Below are positions 47,869 through 57,108 of a DNA stretch of 64,000 nucleotides, in pieces. Under the pieces are notes generated by a model. It had not been told where the DNA came from. It saw nothing but the letters and a program-made list of their open reading frames with translations, and made no database searches. The DNA comes from Gammaproteobacteria bacterium (lineage in GTDB: Bacteria > Pseudomonadota > Gammaproteobacteria > UBA6429 > Thiohalophilaceae): positions 4,955 to 68,954 of the forward strand of contig JAJRZT010000065.1 in the NCBI GenBank assembly GCA_024275115.1, given 5' to 3'. How positions within the stretch are numbered: position 1 is the stretch's first letter; every line of letters starts with the position of its first letter. Both the position numbers and the translations under genes were made by a program.

Positions 47869-49800
47869 TTACTTCGCTTTGCGATAACGCTTATCGGTTG
47901 CCGCTAATAAACCACCAAAGCCCATAATTAATGTGCCTAACCAAATCCAGCGGATAAACGGTTTATGATACAAGCGCAATGCCCAGCCACCCTTGTCACC
48001 ACGTGGTTCACCCATGGCGACAAACAGGTCACGGAAAAGGCCGGCATCAATTGCCGCTTCGGTCATGGGGCTACGCTGCACTGTGTAAATACGTTTTTCC
48101 GGTTCCATGTCGGCAATCACAACACCGTCTTTACTAACGATAACGTGTGCACGTTCACCTTCGTAATTAGGGCCAATAATACGTTTTGAATCAATAAACT
48201 TGAAATCATAGCCGGCTAAAGAATACGATTCCCCCGGTATTAACAGCACATCTTTTTCAGTTGAGTAAATAGAGGTTAGTGTTACTCCCACCGTAAAGAC
48301 CGCAATACCAATGTGCGCAATATGCATACCATAAATGGCACGTGGTGTTTTCTTCAAACCATCCCATGAGATAGCTTTAGTTTTAAAGCGCTGTTTAAAA
48401 CTGGAACCCATATTCAGCACAACCCACCATGCAAGTGTGGTTCCTATCATTGCACCAAGAGTAAACGTTGGCATTGCCATAGTACTTAAAGTACCGAGAA
48501 CCAGACTAATAGCCAGGTAGGCTAACAAGTGTTTTTTTAGTCGATGAATACTGTCCTGTTTCCAGCGAACAAAAACACCTATACCCATAAGTGCCACCAG
48601 CGGTACCATGATAGGTATAAAGACACTATTAAAATAAGGAGGGCCAACCGAAATTTTACCCAAGTTTAACGCATCTATCACTAAGGGGTATAAGGTACCA
48701 AGTAAAATAGTTGCTGTCGCAACAACTAAAAGAATGTTATTTAATAAAAGTGCCGTTTCTTTTGAGAACCATGAAAAGCGCGTGTTAGATTTAATCGCTG
48801 ACGCACGCCATGCATACAAAGCGAGTGAGCCGCCCACCACCAACACCAGAAATATTAATATAAACAAACCACGGCCCGGATCGCTGGCAAAAGAATGCAC
48901 CGAGGTTAGCACGCCAGAACGAACTAAAAACGCACCCAACAAACTTAAAGAAAAAGCAAAGATAGCCAGCAACACTGTCCATGCTTTAAGGCTGCCACGT
49001 TTTTCAGTCACCGCTAATGAATGGATAAGTGCCGTTGCCACTAGCCACGGCATAAACGATGCGTTTTCAACCGGGTCCCAAAACCACCAGCCACCCCAAC
49101 CGAGTTCGTAATAAGCCCACCAACTACCGAGTGAGATACCGAGTGTTAAAAAGACCCATGCAATGCTGGTCCATGGCCGTGACCAACGCGCCCAGGCAGC
49201 ATCAAGCTTCCCCGCAAGCATTGCAGCAATCGCAAATGCAAAAGCAACCGACAAACCAACGTAACCCATATAAAGCATAGGCGGGTGAATAATTAAACCA
49301 AAATCCTGTAGCAGTGGATTTAAATCACGACCTTCAAGCGGTGCAGGGAAAATACGTTCAAATGGGTTAGAGGTAACCAGTATAAAAAGAATAAAACCAA
49401 TACTGATAAAGCCCATCACACTTAGCACGCGCGCAATCATTACATCGGGTACTTTTTTGCTAAAAATAGCCACCGCTGACGTCCACACGCCCAGTGATAG
49501 TGCCCAAAGAAGTAAGGAGCCTTCATGTGCACCCCATACGGCTGAAATACGAAATTCCAGGGGTAACCGGGTGTTTGAATTATTCGCTGCATACAAAACA
49601 GAAAAATCATTCTGTATAAAAATATAAACCAGGCAGCCAAAGGAAACCGATAGTGCCAGGAACTGCGCCTGTGCGAGTGGGCGCGCCACGCTAATCCAGG
49701 CCGGAATATTTTTTGCCGCACCAACCAGTGGCAATGTTGTTTGTAAAACTGCAACAATCAAAGCCATTATCAGTGCGAACTGACCAAATTCAGGTATCAC
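47869..49800 (-). CDS. ccmF: Haem lyase CcmF
   Basis: WAYYELGWGGWWFWDPVEN WWD domain; SVHSFA. Confidence 0.95.
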   Translation of the reverse strand: MIPEFGQFALIMALIVAVLQTTLPLVGAAKNIPAWISVARPLAQAQFLALSVSFGCLVYIFIQNDFSVLYAANNSNTRLPLEFRISAVWGAHEGSLLLWALSLGVWTSAVAIFSKKVPDVMIARVLSVMGFISIGFILFILVTSNPFERIFPAPLEGRDLNPLLQDFGLIIHPPMLYMGYVGLSVAFAFAIAAMLAGKLDAAWARWSRPWTSIAWVFLTLGISLGSWWAYYELGWGGWWFWDPVENASFMPWLVATALIHSLAVTEKRGSLKAWTVLLAIFAFSLSLLGAFLVRSGVLTSVHSFASDPGRGLFILIFLVLVVGGSLALYAWRASAIKSNTRFSWFSKETALLLNNILLVVATATILLGTLYPLVIDALNLGKISVGPPYFNSVFIPIMVPLVALMGIGVFVRWKQDSIHRLKKHLLAYLAISLVLGTLSTMAMPTFTLGAMIGTTLAWWVVLNMGSSFKQRFKTKAISWDGLKKTPRAIYGMHIAHIGIAVFTVGVTLTSIYSTEKDVLLIPGESYSLAGYDFKFIDSKRIIGPNYEGERAHVIVSKDGVVIADMEPEKRIYTVQRSPMTEAAIDAGLFRDLFVAMGEPRGDKGGWALRLYHKPFIRWIWLGTLIMGFGGLLAATDKRYRKAK

Positions 49801-49805
49801 GTTTT

Positions 49806-50249
49806 TTATTCCTTTATGTATTCAGTGGGTTTCTTTTTCATGGTTGCAGCCACTTCAGGCGGCATGTAATTTTCGTCATGCTTGGCAAGGACTTCTTCAG
49901 CAATAAACTCACCTTTGGCATTCAGTTTGCCTTTAGTAATAATTCCCTGCCCTTCACGAAACAAATCCGGCAAGATGCCACTGTACTTTACCGTCATCGC
50001 TTTTTCATTATCGGTAATATCAAACCAGACATCGGTATTGGTATCTGATCTTTTTACACTGCCATCCACAACAATCCCACCCATACGGAATAAACGATTT
50101 TCAGGCGCCTTACCTGCCTGCACATCTGACGGTGAGAAGAAAAACATCAGGTTCTGGTTAAAAGCCGTTAGTGCAAAACCGGTTGCTGTTGCAACACCAA
50201 TAATCATGATGATGATAAGTATAAGTCGACGTTTACGAAGGGGATGCAT
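49806..50249 (-). CDS. ccmE: Haem chaperone CcmE
   Basis: LPDLFREGQ, VLAKHDENYMP. Confidence 0.95.
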   Translation of the reverse strand: MHPLRKRRLILIIIMIIGVATATGFALTAFNQNLMFFFSPSDVQAGKAPENRLFRMGGIVVDGSVKRSDTNTDVWFDITDNEKAMTVKYSGILPDLFREGQGIITKGKLNAKGEFIAEEVLAKHDENYMPPEVAATMKKKPTEYIKE

Positions 50250-50301
50250 TGTTTTCTCCTACTGCTATTTTGCCTGTGATTATTTCAGGTGCTTGCACTT
50301 T

Positions 50302-50484
50302 TTACTCTGAAGTGGCTGATTGTTCATTTTGGATAATACCGCGAATACGTTTTTCCATGCGGCGCTTTTCTATTAACGGCAAGACAATACTGAGCCCATA
50401 GGCAAGCAAGGCAATCGCATAAGACGACCAGACATAACTGGCATAGCCACCCATATGAATAAAAGTATTAAATGCATCCATCAC
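50302..50484 (-). CDS. ccmD: Haem exporter protein CcmD
   Basis: MGGYA.YVW.SY; position between ccmC and ccmE. Confidence 0.88.
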   Translation of the reverse strand: MMDAFNTFIHMGGYASYVWSSYAIALLAYGLSIVLPLIEKRRMEKRIRGIIQNEQSATSE

Positions 50485-51224
50485 GAACCACCCTTAAATA
50501 AATTTGCAACCCACTGGCTGCGGCGTTCACGCCAGAGTAAATCGTTACGCGCACGCAGTAGCACAACAATGGCGTATAAAAATTTATGAGCAACGGCCAT
50601 CAACAATAAAGGTATGAGCATGCGAGTATCAATCGACGGTGCATCAAACTTTGTAATCGTTGGCCCCTGATGCAAGGTACTCCACCATTCAACCGAATAA
50701 TGAATAATTGGAATATTTACCACACCCACTAAAGCCAGAATAGCAACGGCACGTGCCGCTTTGCGTTTGTCATCAATGGCACTGTATAGCGCAAGCACAC
50801 CCAGATATAAAAACAACAGCAATAACTCGGAAGTTAAACGTGCATCCCAAACCCACCAGGTTCCCCACATGGGTTTACCCCAGATAGAACCAGTTACCAG
50901 TGCTAAAAAAGTAAACACCGCACCAATATGTGCGCTATTAATAAGAATTATTTCTGCAATTTTTATTCGCCAGATTAAAGCCATCGCGCCACTGAAGGCC
51001 ATCACCATATAAACGAACATTGACATCCAGGCCGCGGGCACATGAATATAAATAATACGAAAACTATCGCCTTGTTGATAATCGGCTGGAGCCAGAACCA
51101 AACCACCATAAAGACCGGTTGCAAATAAAATTAAACAGATCCCGGTTAACCACGGTAATAAACGTCCACTTAAGGCATAAAAGTAAGGTGGTGAACCCAA
51201 CTGATAAATAAAACGCATAATCAT
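50481..51224 (-). CDS. ccmC: Haem exporter protein CcmC
   Basis: IYIHVP, WGKPMWGTWWVWDARLTS, TLHQ. Confidence 0.95.
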   Translation of the reverse strand: MIMRFIYQLGSPPYFYALSGRLLPWLTGICLILFATGLYGGLVLAPADYQQGDSFRIIYIHVPAAWMSMFVYMVMAFSGAMALIWRIKIAEIILINSAHIGAVFTFLALVTGSIWGKPMWGTWWVWDARLTSELLLLFLYLGVLALYSAIDDKRKAARAVAILALVGVVNIPIIHYSVEWWSTLHQGPTITKFDAPSIDTRMLIPLLLMAVAHKFLYAIVVLLRARNDLLWRERRSQWVANLFKGGS

Positions 51225-51228
51225 AAAA

Positions 51229-51897
51229 CTAACTCACACTCATTTTTAATGCGGCCGATGCTGCCCAGGGGGTTAAGCTTAACGACAGGAGTAATAAAGC
51301 AGATAACATGCCGATGGCTGCGGCGGGTTGGAAACCGGCTGCGGCCGCATCGACTGCCTGACTTGCAAAGATTAAAACCGGCACATACAGTGGTAAAACC
51401 AGAAGCGACAGTATCACACCTCCACGACGTAAACCAACGGTTAACGCAACCCCTACCGATCCAATCGCACTTAAAATGGGTGTACCCAACAACAGTGTTA
51501 TAAATAATGTTTCGATACCTTCCACGGATAACCCTAAAAACAGTGCCAGTAATGGCCCCGCTATCACAACCGGCAAACCGGTTATTAGCCAGTGGGCAAT
51601 AATTTTGGCCAATATTAATAGTGACATCGGTTGTGCACTGATCAACATTTGCTCTAAAGAGCCGTCTTCCATATCGGTACGAAAAATCCTGTCCAGGCTT
51701 AATAATGCAGCTAACAACGCCGCCACCCAGATAATACCCGGAGCAATTCTTTCGAGTATCGTTGCCTCTGCACCGATCCCCAATGGAAACAGCACCACCA
51801 CCAGTACAAAAAACAATACCGGGTTCATTAATTCAGCACGGTGTCGTACCGCTAAAATTAAATCCCGTTGTAATATAATAAAAAATGCTTGCAACAT
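51229..51897 (-). CDS. ccmB: Haem exporter protein CcmB
   Basis: FPLGIG, PGIIWVAALL, DGSLEQ, LVLPLYVPVLIF. Confidence 0.93.
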   Translation of the reverse strand: MLQAFFIILQRDLILAVRHRAELMNPVLFFVLVVVLFPLGIGAEATILERIAPGIIWVAALLAALLSLDRIFRTDMEDGSLEQMLISAQPMSLLILAKIIAHWLITGLPVVIAGPLLALFLGLSVEGIETLFITLLLGTPILSAIGSVGVALTVGLRRGGVILSLLVLPLYVPVLIFASQAVDAAAAGFQPAAAIGMLSALLLLSLSLTPWAASAALKMSVS

Positions 51898-51898
51898 C

Positions 51899-52567
51899 TT
51901 ACGCCACGGCCGATAAATTTAAACGCGTACAACGCACATTTCGGATGTCTAACGATTGATGTGAGGTTATCACCGCCAAACCGCCTCGTTCAATGTGCGC
52001 CTGTATCGCCTGTTCTATAAACGCTACTCCTTTGGTATCTAAAGCCGTTAAAGGTTCATCTAAAATCCACAATGCGCTGTCATTGAGCAAACAACGGGCA
52101 AACGCCAAACGCCGACGCTGCCCCGCAGACAGATGAAACGCGAGGGTATTTTCCTTATTTTCCAGGCCGATATTCTTTAGAATTTCGCCCAGAATTTTTT
52201 TGTCCGACACCTTATATATGGAACGCGATAAAACCATCGCCACTCTCAGGTTTTCAAGCACCGTTAAATCCTGCTTAATGCCATCGCTGTGGCCCACATA
52301 ACTCAACTGCAAATGATAGTCATAGGCTTGTTTTTGAATAGCAACATCGTCCCAGTACACTTCACCTTCATCGGCCATCGTTAAGCCGCACAGCACCCGC
52401 AGCAAGGTTGTTTTGCCCGAGCCATTTTCACCTTCAAGGTGCAACACTTCTTTTGGCTGCAACTCAAAACTTATATTTTTAAACAACCAGCGATCCTGTT
52501 TTTCAACCGATAATTTTTTGGCTGATAAGGCTTTGCTTCGTGTATAAGCCGGTAATGAACTGAACAT
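51899..52567 (-). CDS. ccmA: Haem ABC exporter ATPase CcmA
   Basis: GENGSGKTT, LSAGQRRR, WILDEP. Confidence 0.92.
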   Translation of the reverse strand: MFSSLPAYTRSKALSAKKLSVEKQDRWLFKNISFELQPKEVLHLEGENGSGKTTLLRVLCGLTMADEGEVYWDDVAIQKQAYDYHLQLSYVGHSDGIKQDLTVLENLRVAMVLSRSIYKVSDKKILGEILKNIGLENKENTLAFHLSAGQRRRLAFARCLLNDSALWILDEPLTALDTKGVAFIEQAIQAHIERGGLAVITSHQSLDIRNVRCTRLNLSAVA

Positions 52568-52716
52568 TTAATTCTCTATAAAATAATGGAAGGCTAAGAA
52601 TACACGTTTAAGAAGCAATTAATAAGCGAATAAAAGCAATATTCACTACTAAAACAGGAGCCAAATGAGCTGGGTTGATTTAAGTCAGTCTTTTTTATTA
52701 AATATCAAATAACCCT

Positions 52717-53322
52717 ATGTATAATGTGTATAGCGCTAACAAGATAGCCAATGATTTCGATTTCGTTCATGATGGGTGGTATGACAGACGGGAACATAAG
52801 CTAAACATGGAATCTCCTGGTCCAGCCGATACAGGACAAGATGATTCGACCAATGTTTTTGGCCTTGTCATCACACGCTCTTACTGGCAGCAAGGGGATT
52901 TCTGGCTTGCATGCATTGCCGCCGCCCTGTTTTGGTTAGTTTTTCGACTTTTAAATGTGCCTATGCCTGGCGATATTGCCTTCCCGGCGCTCAGTAGCAC
53001 ACTATTACTGCTTATTTTTGTTTCCCCCGTTCTGGAAGAAATTGTCTTTCGGGGCTTAATTCAGGAGTCGATTCATCAACTACTCAGCCACAATCGCCTC
53101 TCCACCATTCTCTTCTGGCGTATTAGCAATGCCAATTTTCTGGCAAGCGTTCTTTTTAGTCTCAGCCACCTTTGGGCGCATTCTGCATTTTGGGCACTGG
53201 CAACGCTTGCCCCATCACTTATTTTCGGCTATTTCAAAGACAAGTATCAGTCGCTGCAACCTGCTATTGTGCTGCATATTTTCTATAATCTTGGTTTCTA
53301 TCTGTTTTTATGGCCATATTAA
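52717..53322 (+). CDS. CPBP/CAAX-family intramembrane glutamic protease (JDVT-CTERM/MrtJ-like); true start probably further downstream (~52808)
   Basis: PVLEEIVFRG, F.LSH, PSLIFG, LHIFYN motifs. Confidence 0.75.
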   Translation: MYNVYSANKIANDFDFVHDGWYDRREHKLNMESPGPADTGQDDSTNVFGLVITRSYWQQGDFWLACIAAALFWLVFRLLNVPMPGDIAFPALSSTLLLLIFVSPVLEEIVFRGLIQESIHQLLSHNRLSTILFWRISNANFLASVLFSLSHLWAHSAFWALATLAPSLIFGYFKDKYQSLQPAIVLHIFYNLGFYLFLWPY

Positions 53323-53340
53323 TAAAAATAGTGCAAAGTA

Positions 53341-53382
53341 TTGACATTGATCAGTATTAATAAACACTAATATACTTATACT
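53341..53382 (+). promoter_or_regulatory. FNR/Crp-type class II promoter
   Basis: TTGAC-ATTG-ATCAG (53341-53354) with TATACT at 53377-53382, which puts the site centre at about -41.5. Confidence 0.55.
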
Positions 53383-53416
53383 AGTAACATCACCCGCACA
53401 ATATAAGGGCAGCTTA

Positions 53417-54472
53417 ATGTTAACTCAGCGTTTTTTATTTCTAACAGTACTCAGTGGTTTTATTCTAACGGGATCCCAGGCTGCTTATGCCGACAGCTCA
53501 GACGGCGAGCGCCTGTACACCAAACATTGTTCGGTATGTCATGGCAGCAAAGGCAGTGGTGGTGTGGGTATCCCACTAGATCTGGAATCATTTCTCAATA
53601 GCATTAGCGATGAATACCTTATTAAAACAATCGAGCATGGCCGTGTGGGTCGTACCATGCCGGCCTTTAAAAAACTGGGTGACGAAAATATACAAGCCCT
53701 CGTCAAATACATACGCAGTTTTACTAACACCGAAGCAGTCACGTTCGACCCAACGCCAATAAAAGGCAATATCGAACACGGTAAAGCACTCTTTAAAAGC
53801 AAATGCGCCAGTTGTCATGGTGACCACGGCCAGGGCGGCAAAGGTACCGGGGTCACTTTTTCCAGACCACGCGACCTAAGCATTATTCCACCCGCATTGA
53901 ACAACGCCGGCTTCCTTGCTTCAGCCAGCGATGAAATGATTAAGCACACCTTAATGACCGGGCGCAAAAATACACCCATGAACTCTTTCCTTAAACAGGG
54001 GTTATCTGAATCGGATATTAACGATGTGGTTGCCTACATTCGCCATTTTGAGACCAAACAGGTGCCCAAGCTTCGTGACCAGAAACTGGATGCGATTATT
54101 ATGGCGGAGTCACCTTATTCACTTGAAGAAACATTAGAGAGCCTGAAAAAAGCCGTTATCGGCAAAAACTTCAGAATTATTCGTCAGCAGACTGTAGACG
54201 ATGGTTTGGTGGATAAAAACAAACAAAATAAAAAACAGATTATTCTTTATTTCTGTAATTTCCAGTTCTTAAATGAGTCACTTGCTCTGGATCCAAGAAT
54301 TGGTTTGTTTTTACCTTGCCGGGTTACTATTGTGCAACAGGGTGACTCTGTAAAAGTAATGGCCATTAATCCACTACGCTTAAGTAAACTGTTTAATAAT
54401 GATGAGTTAGATGATGCCTGTAAGAACATGTCTAATCTCTATACTGAAATTATAGAAGAAGCGACTTTATAA
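53417..54472 (+). CDS. Dihaem c-type cytochrome fused to a C-terminal DUF302 domain
   Basis: Signal peptide; CSVCH..MPAF and CASCH..PM.SF; C-terminal YSLEETL..LK...FCN...D..IGLFLPCRVTI. Confidence 0.85.
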   Translation: MLTQRFLFLTVLSGFILTGSQAAYADSSDGERLYTKHCSVCHGSKGSGGVGIPLDLESFLNSISDEYLIKTIEHGRVGRTMPAFKKLGDENIQALVKYIRSFTNTEAVTFDPTPIKGNIEHGKALFKSKCASCHGDHGQGGKGTGVTFSRPRDLSIIPPALNNAGFLASASDEMIKHTLMTGRKNTPMNSFLKQGLSESDINDVVAYIRHFETKQVPKLRDQKLDAIIMAESPYSLEETLESLKKAVIGKNFRIIRQQTVDDGLVDKNKQNKKQIILYFCNFQFLNESLALDPRIGLFLPCRVTIVQQGDSVKVMAINPLRLSKLFNNDELDDACKNMSNLYTEIIEEATL

Positions 54473-54936
54473 TGAATAAAAAAATCACAGCAACATTTTT
54501 AAGTATTATTTTAGCTTTTATCGGTATGCAATCTGCCGTTATTGCAGATGAACTGATAATGACACGTTCAACGGAAGACTTCCCTGAAACCATGTTACTG
54601 CTGCAAAACGCAATTAAAAAACAGGGCTATATACCATCACGTGTGCAACGTGTTGATATCGGGCTAACCAAATCAGGTTATAAAACCGATAAGTATCGTG
54701 TTGTGTTTTTTGGTAAAGCAGATGAAATAAAAACCATCAGCCAAAAATTACCTGAACTCATTCCCTATTTACCGCTGAAGATTTCAATTTTTGCAGAAGC
54801 CGGGCAAACAATACTCGTTACGATTGACCCAATGTCTTTCGATCAAATGTATCCAGACTCCTCTCTCACGCCTGTTTTTAAGCGCTGGTCAGAAGACATA
54901 CATGCCATTTTTGACAGTATTCAGAATCTAGACTAG
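54472..54936 (+). CDS. DUF302-family periplasmic protein
   Basis: Coupled by TAATG; F.ETM..L..AI...GY...YRVVFFG...LPLKISI. Confidence 0.75.
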   Translation: MNKKITATFLSIILAFIGMQSAVIADELIMTRSTEDFPETMLLLQNAIKKQGYIPSRVQRVDIGLTKSGYKTDKYRVVFFGKADEIKTISQKLPELIPYLPLKISIFAEAGQTILVTIDPMSFDQMYPDSSLTPVFKRWSEDIHAIFDSIQNLD

Positions 54937-55093
54937 AGTCTGTTGATCTTTCAGATGTTAGATTGATTTTGAGGTAATTTCGCCCCTGACAAGGCATTTT
55001 TACGTATCAAGGCACTCCACTGATAGTAAAAAACAACACAGGCAGGGATGAAATTAGCCAAAATCAGACAATATATGGAAGCTCAACAGACCC
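54936..55093. mobile_element. MITE-like element (~158 bp) with terminal inverted repeats
   Basis: Left GAGTCTGTTGATCTTTC, right GGAAGCTCAACAGACCC (reverse complement GGGTCTGTTGAGCTTCC); internal IR AATTTCGCCCCTG/CAGGGATGAAATT; no transposase. Confidence 0.6.
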
Positions 55094-55135
55094 ACAATAT
55101 CGCCAACTTTGTCAGGCATCAACCTGGCAGTGTGA

Positions 55136-55609
55136 TTATAAACGAGAAGATGCTTTGTCTACCGCTTTCTGCAAAGCAACACCCATCTCCTTAAGAGTAT
55201 GGTTTTTTGTAAGGGTTGTTATTACTTCCCGTGTATTGCCATCGACAAGCAAAATAAAGCCTGTTTTGTTAGCATATTTTTCCCATACCTTGCTTAACCC
55301 CAGGGATACTGCTAAATACGCTGACTGCTGTCTGTCGTACTTACGAGTATGATCAAGGACAACATGAAGAACTGGCTGGGTATCAAATTTGGTTTGGAAC
55401 TCTTTATAAGTCGTTGCCATCGCTTTGCAAGACGAGCACCAATCCGCATAAAATTTCACAGCGATTACAACAGGGGGCACTGCATCGGTTGAAGATTTAT
55501 TCTGTGCGGCTTGTGCCCATGCTCCAAACATAAACGAAAACCACATTATTGCTATAAGACCAACTGTCTTAGTGCTTACAAACTTGCTACTTTTTTCTTG
55601 TTTACTCAT
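55136..55609 (-). CDS. Exported thioredoxin-like protein
   Basis: Signal/TM segment; VKFYADWCSSC; RBS GGAGGA. Confidence 0.8.
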   Translation of the reverse strand: MSKQEKSSKFVSTKTVGLIAIMWFSFMFGAWAQAAQNKSSTDAVPPVVIAVKFYADWCSSCKAMATTYKEFQTKFDTQPVLHVVLDHTRKYDRQQSAYLAVSLGLSKVWEKYANKTGFILLVDGNTREVITTLTKNHTLKEMGVALQKAVDKASSRL

Positions 55610-55657
55610 CGTCTAATTCCTCCGTAATATAAACAGCAACATGCTGCCACACTAAGA

Positions 55658-55720
55658 AGACCTAACTAACCCCAAAATCCTTACATTTTAATTGTAAGGA
55701 TCTCTCTATCATGAAGGTCT
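55658..55720. promoter_or_regulatory. Twin divergent ECF-sigma promoters (TGTAAGGAT-N14-GGTCT on both strands)
   Basis: Plus: TGTAAGGAT-ctctctatcatgaa-GGTCT (55693-55720). Minus: TGTAAGGAT-tttggggttagtta-GGTCT (55685-55658). Confidence 0.7.
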
Positions 55721-55728
55721 ACAATGAC

Positions 55729-56241
55729 ATGATGGATAACAAACAACTAACTTTTGAGAATTTAGTCCATGCCTATTCGGCCGAACTCTACCGTTTTGCC
55801 TTCTGGCAGTGCAAAAACAAAGACTTAACCGAAGACTTATTACAGGAATGTTTTGCTCGAGCATGGAAATCGTTGCACACACTCAAAGATGAAAAAGCCG
55901 CCCGAGCCTGGCTTTATACTATTTTAAGACGTGAGATTGCCCGCCATTTTGGGCGCAATAAGACAAATGATATTTCACTGGACGACATGAACGTTGACTT
56001 ACCCGACGCACAATATGATTGCAGCGTTTCTGATGATATTAATTTGCGCCAGGCTCTGGATAAGCTCCCGATTGATTACCGTGAAGCCCTGATGCTACAG
56101 GTTCTCGGTGGTTATTCTTGCGAAGAAATTGCCGAGATATCTGCAACCAAAGCAGGCACGATTATGACTCGCCTCTTTCGTGCCCGTCAGAAATTACGAC
56201 AATTGTTAACTGCCGAAAATAAATCTTCGGTAAATTTTTAG
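55729..56241 (+). CDS. ECF RNA polymerase sigma factor
   Basis: EDLLQE.F.RAW, AWLYTILRRE, GYSCEEIAEI..GTIMTRLFRAR. Start placed at ATG 55729 because ATG 55711 lies inside the predicted promoter. Confidence 0.88.
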   Translation: MMDNKQLTFENLVHAYSAELYRFAFWQCKNKDLTEDLLQECFARAWKSLHTLKDEKAARAWLYTILRREIARHFGRNKTNDISLDDMNVDLPDAQYDCSVSDDINLRQALDKLPIDYREALMLQVLGGYSCEEIAEISATKAGTIMTRLFRARQKLRQLLTAENKSSVNF

Positions 56242-56263
56242 TCATTGTTTCAGGTTAAATAGA

Positions 56264-56980
56264 ATGAATTGTATCGACGTACACAGAAAACTCGCAACAG
56301 AACCGAATAGTAGAGATGACGCTATCAATGCTCATCTGCAAACATGTTCTGCCTGCACTAAATTTGCTGAGTCCATTGAACAGCTTGACCGCTCTATTCA
56401 TGATGCCGCCAATATCACTGTCCCCGATGGTCTGGCTGAACGCATTCTTTTAAAACAAAGCTTCAAACAACAACGCCAATTACGTACTAACCGTTTTAAA
56501 TTCTATGCCGTGGCGGCCAGCGTGTTACTGCTCTTTGGGCTAAGCCTTAATTTGCATTATTTACCCTGGCAAAAAAATGCATTATCACTGGGTGATATTG
56601 CTATCAACCACGTAACACAGGAAATGTATCATTTAACCAAAAATAACAATATTCAACTTGCAAAACTTAACCACGTACTTCAGCCTTTTAATATCAAATT
56701 AAACAAGCCCATTGGTTCGATAATCTACGCTGGTGCCTGTCCAATTCAAAATTCGCGCGGCGTGCATATTGTTTTACGTACTAAAAATGAAACAGCGACC
56801 TTATTAGTCATGCCAGACGAAAATATTACGCGCCGCATATCACTCACCAAGGATGGCTTTAAAGCAACCATTGTCCCTGCTAAAAATGGCAGTATTGCCA
56901 TTATCACTTCCCTGGATAGTAAAGCCGACCTGGAACAACGGATTGAGAATAGCCTCAATCAGGCTATCGACTATATTTGA
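56264..56980 (+). CDS. Anti-sigma factor (DUF3379-like, zinc-finger HxxxCxxC)
   Basis: MNC...HLQTCSAC, VPDGLAERILLKQ, TM YAVAASV, periplasmic domain. Confidence 0.8.
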   Translation: MNCIDVHRKLATEPNSRDDAINAHLQTCSACTKFAESIEQLDRSIHDAANITVPDGLAERILLKQSFKQQRQLRTNRFKFYAVAASVLLLFGLSLNLHYLPWQKNALSLGDIAINHVTQEMYHLTKNNNIQLAKLNHVLQPFNIKLNKPIGSIIYAGACPIQNSRGVHIVLRTKNETATLLVMPDENITRRISLTKDGFKATIVPAKNGSIAIITSLDSKADLEQRIENSLNQAIDYI

Positions 56981-57108
56981 CGACGTTTTATGCTTTTTTA
57001 ATGCCCTGGATCAAAAAAACAGACTATATTAATCAGGATTTACATATTAGGATTTGCTCATTCATCCTATAATAGGGCATATTAGAGTCAGCCCATAAAG
57101 GTACAGCA

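Noticed and set aside
52675..52688. FNR-like site TTGATTTAAGTCAG between ccmA and the protease gene
   Set aside because: Reasonable match, but I could not find a convincing -10 element at class II spacing on either strand; left unassigned.
57001..57014. FNR site upstream of moaA
   Set aside because: Only the ATCAA half-site matches.
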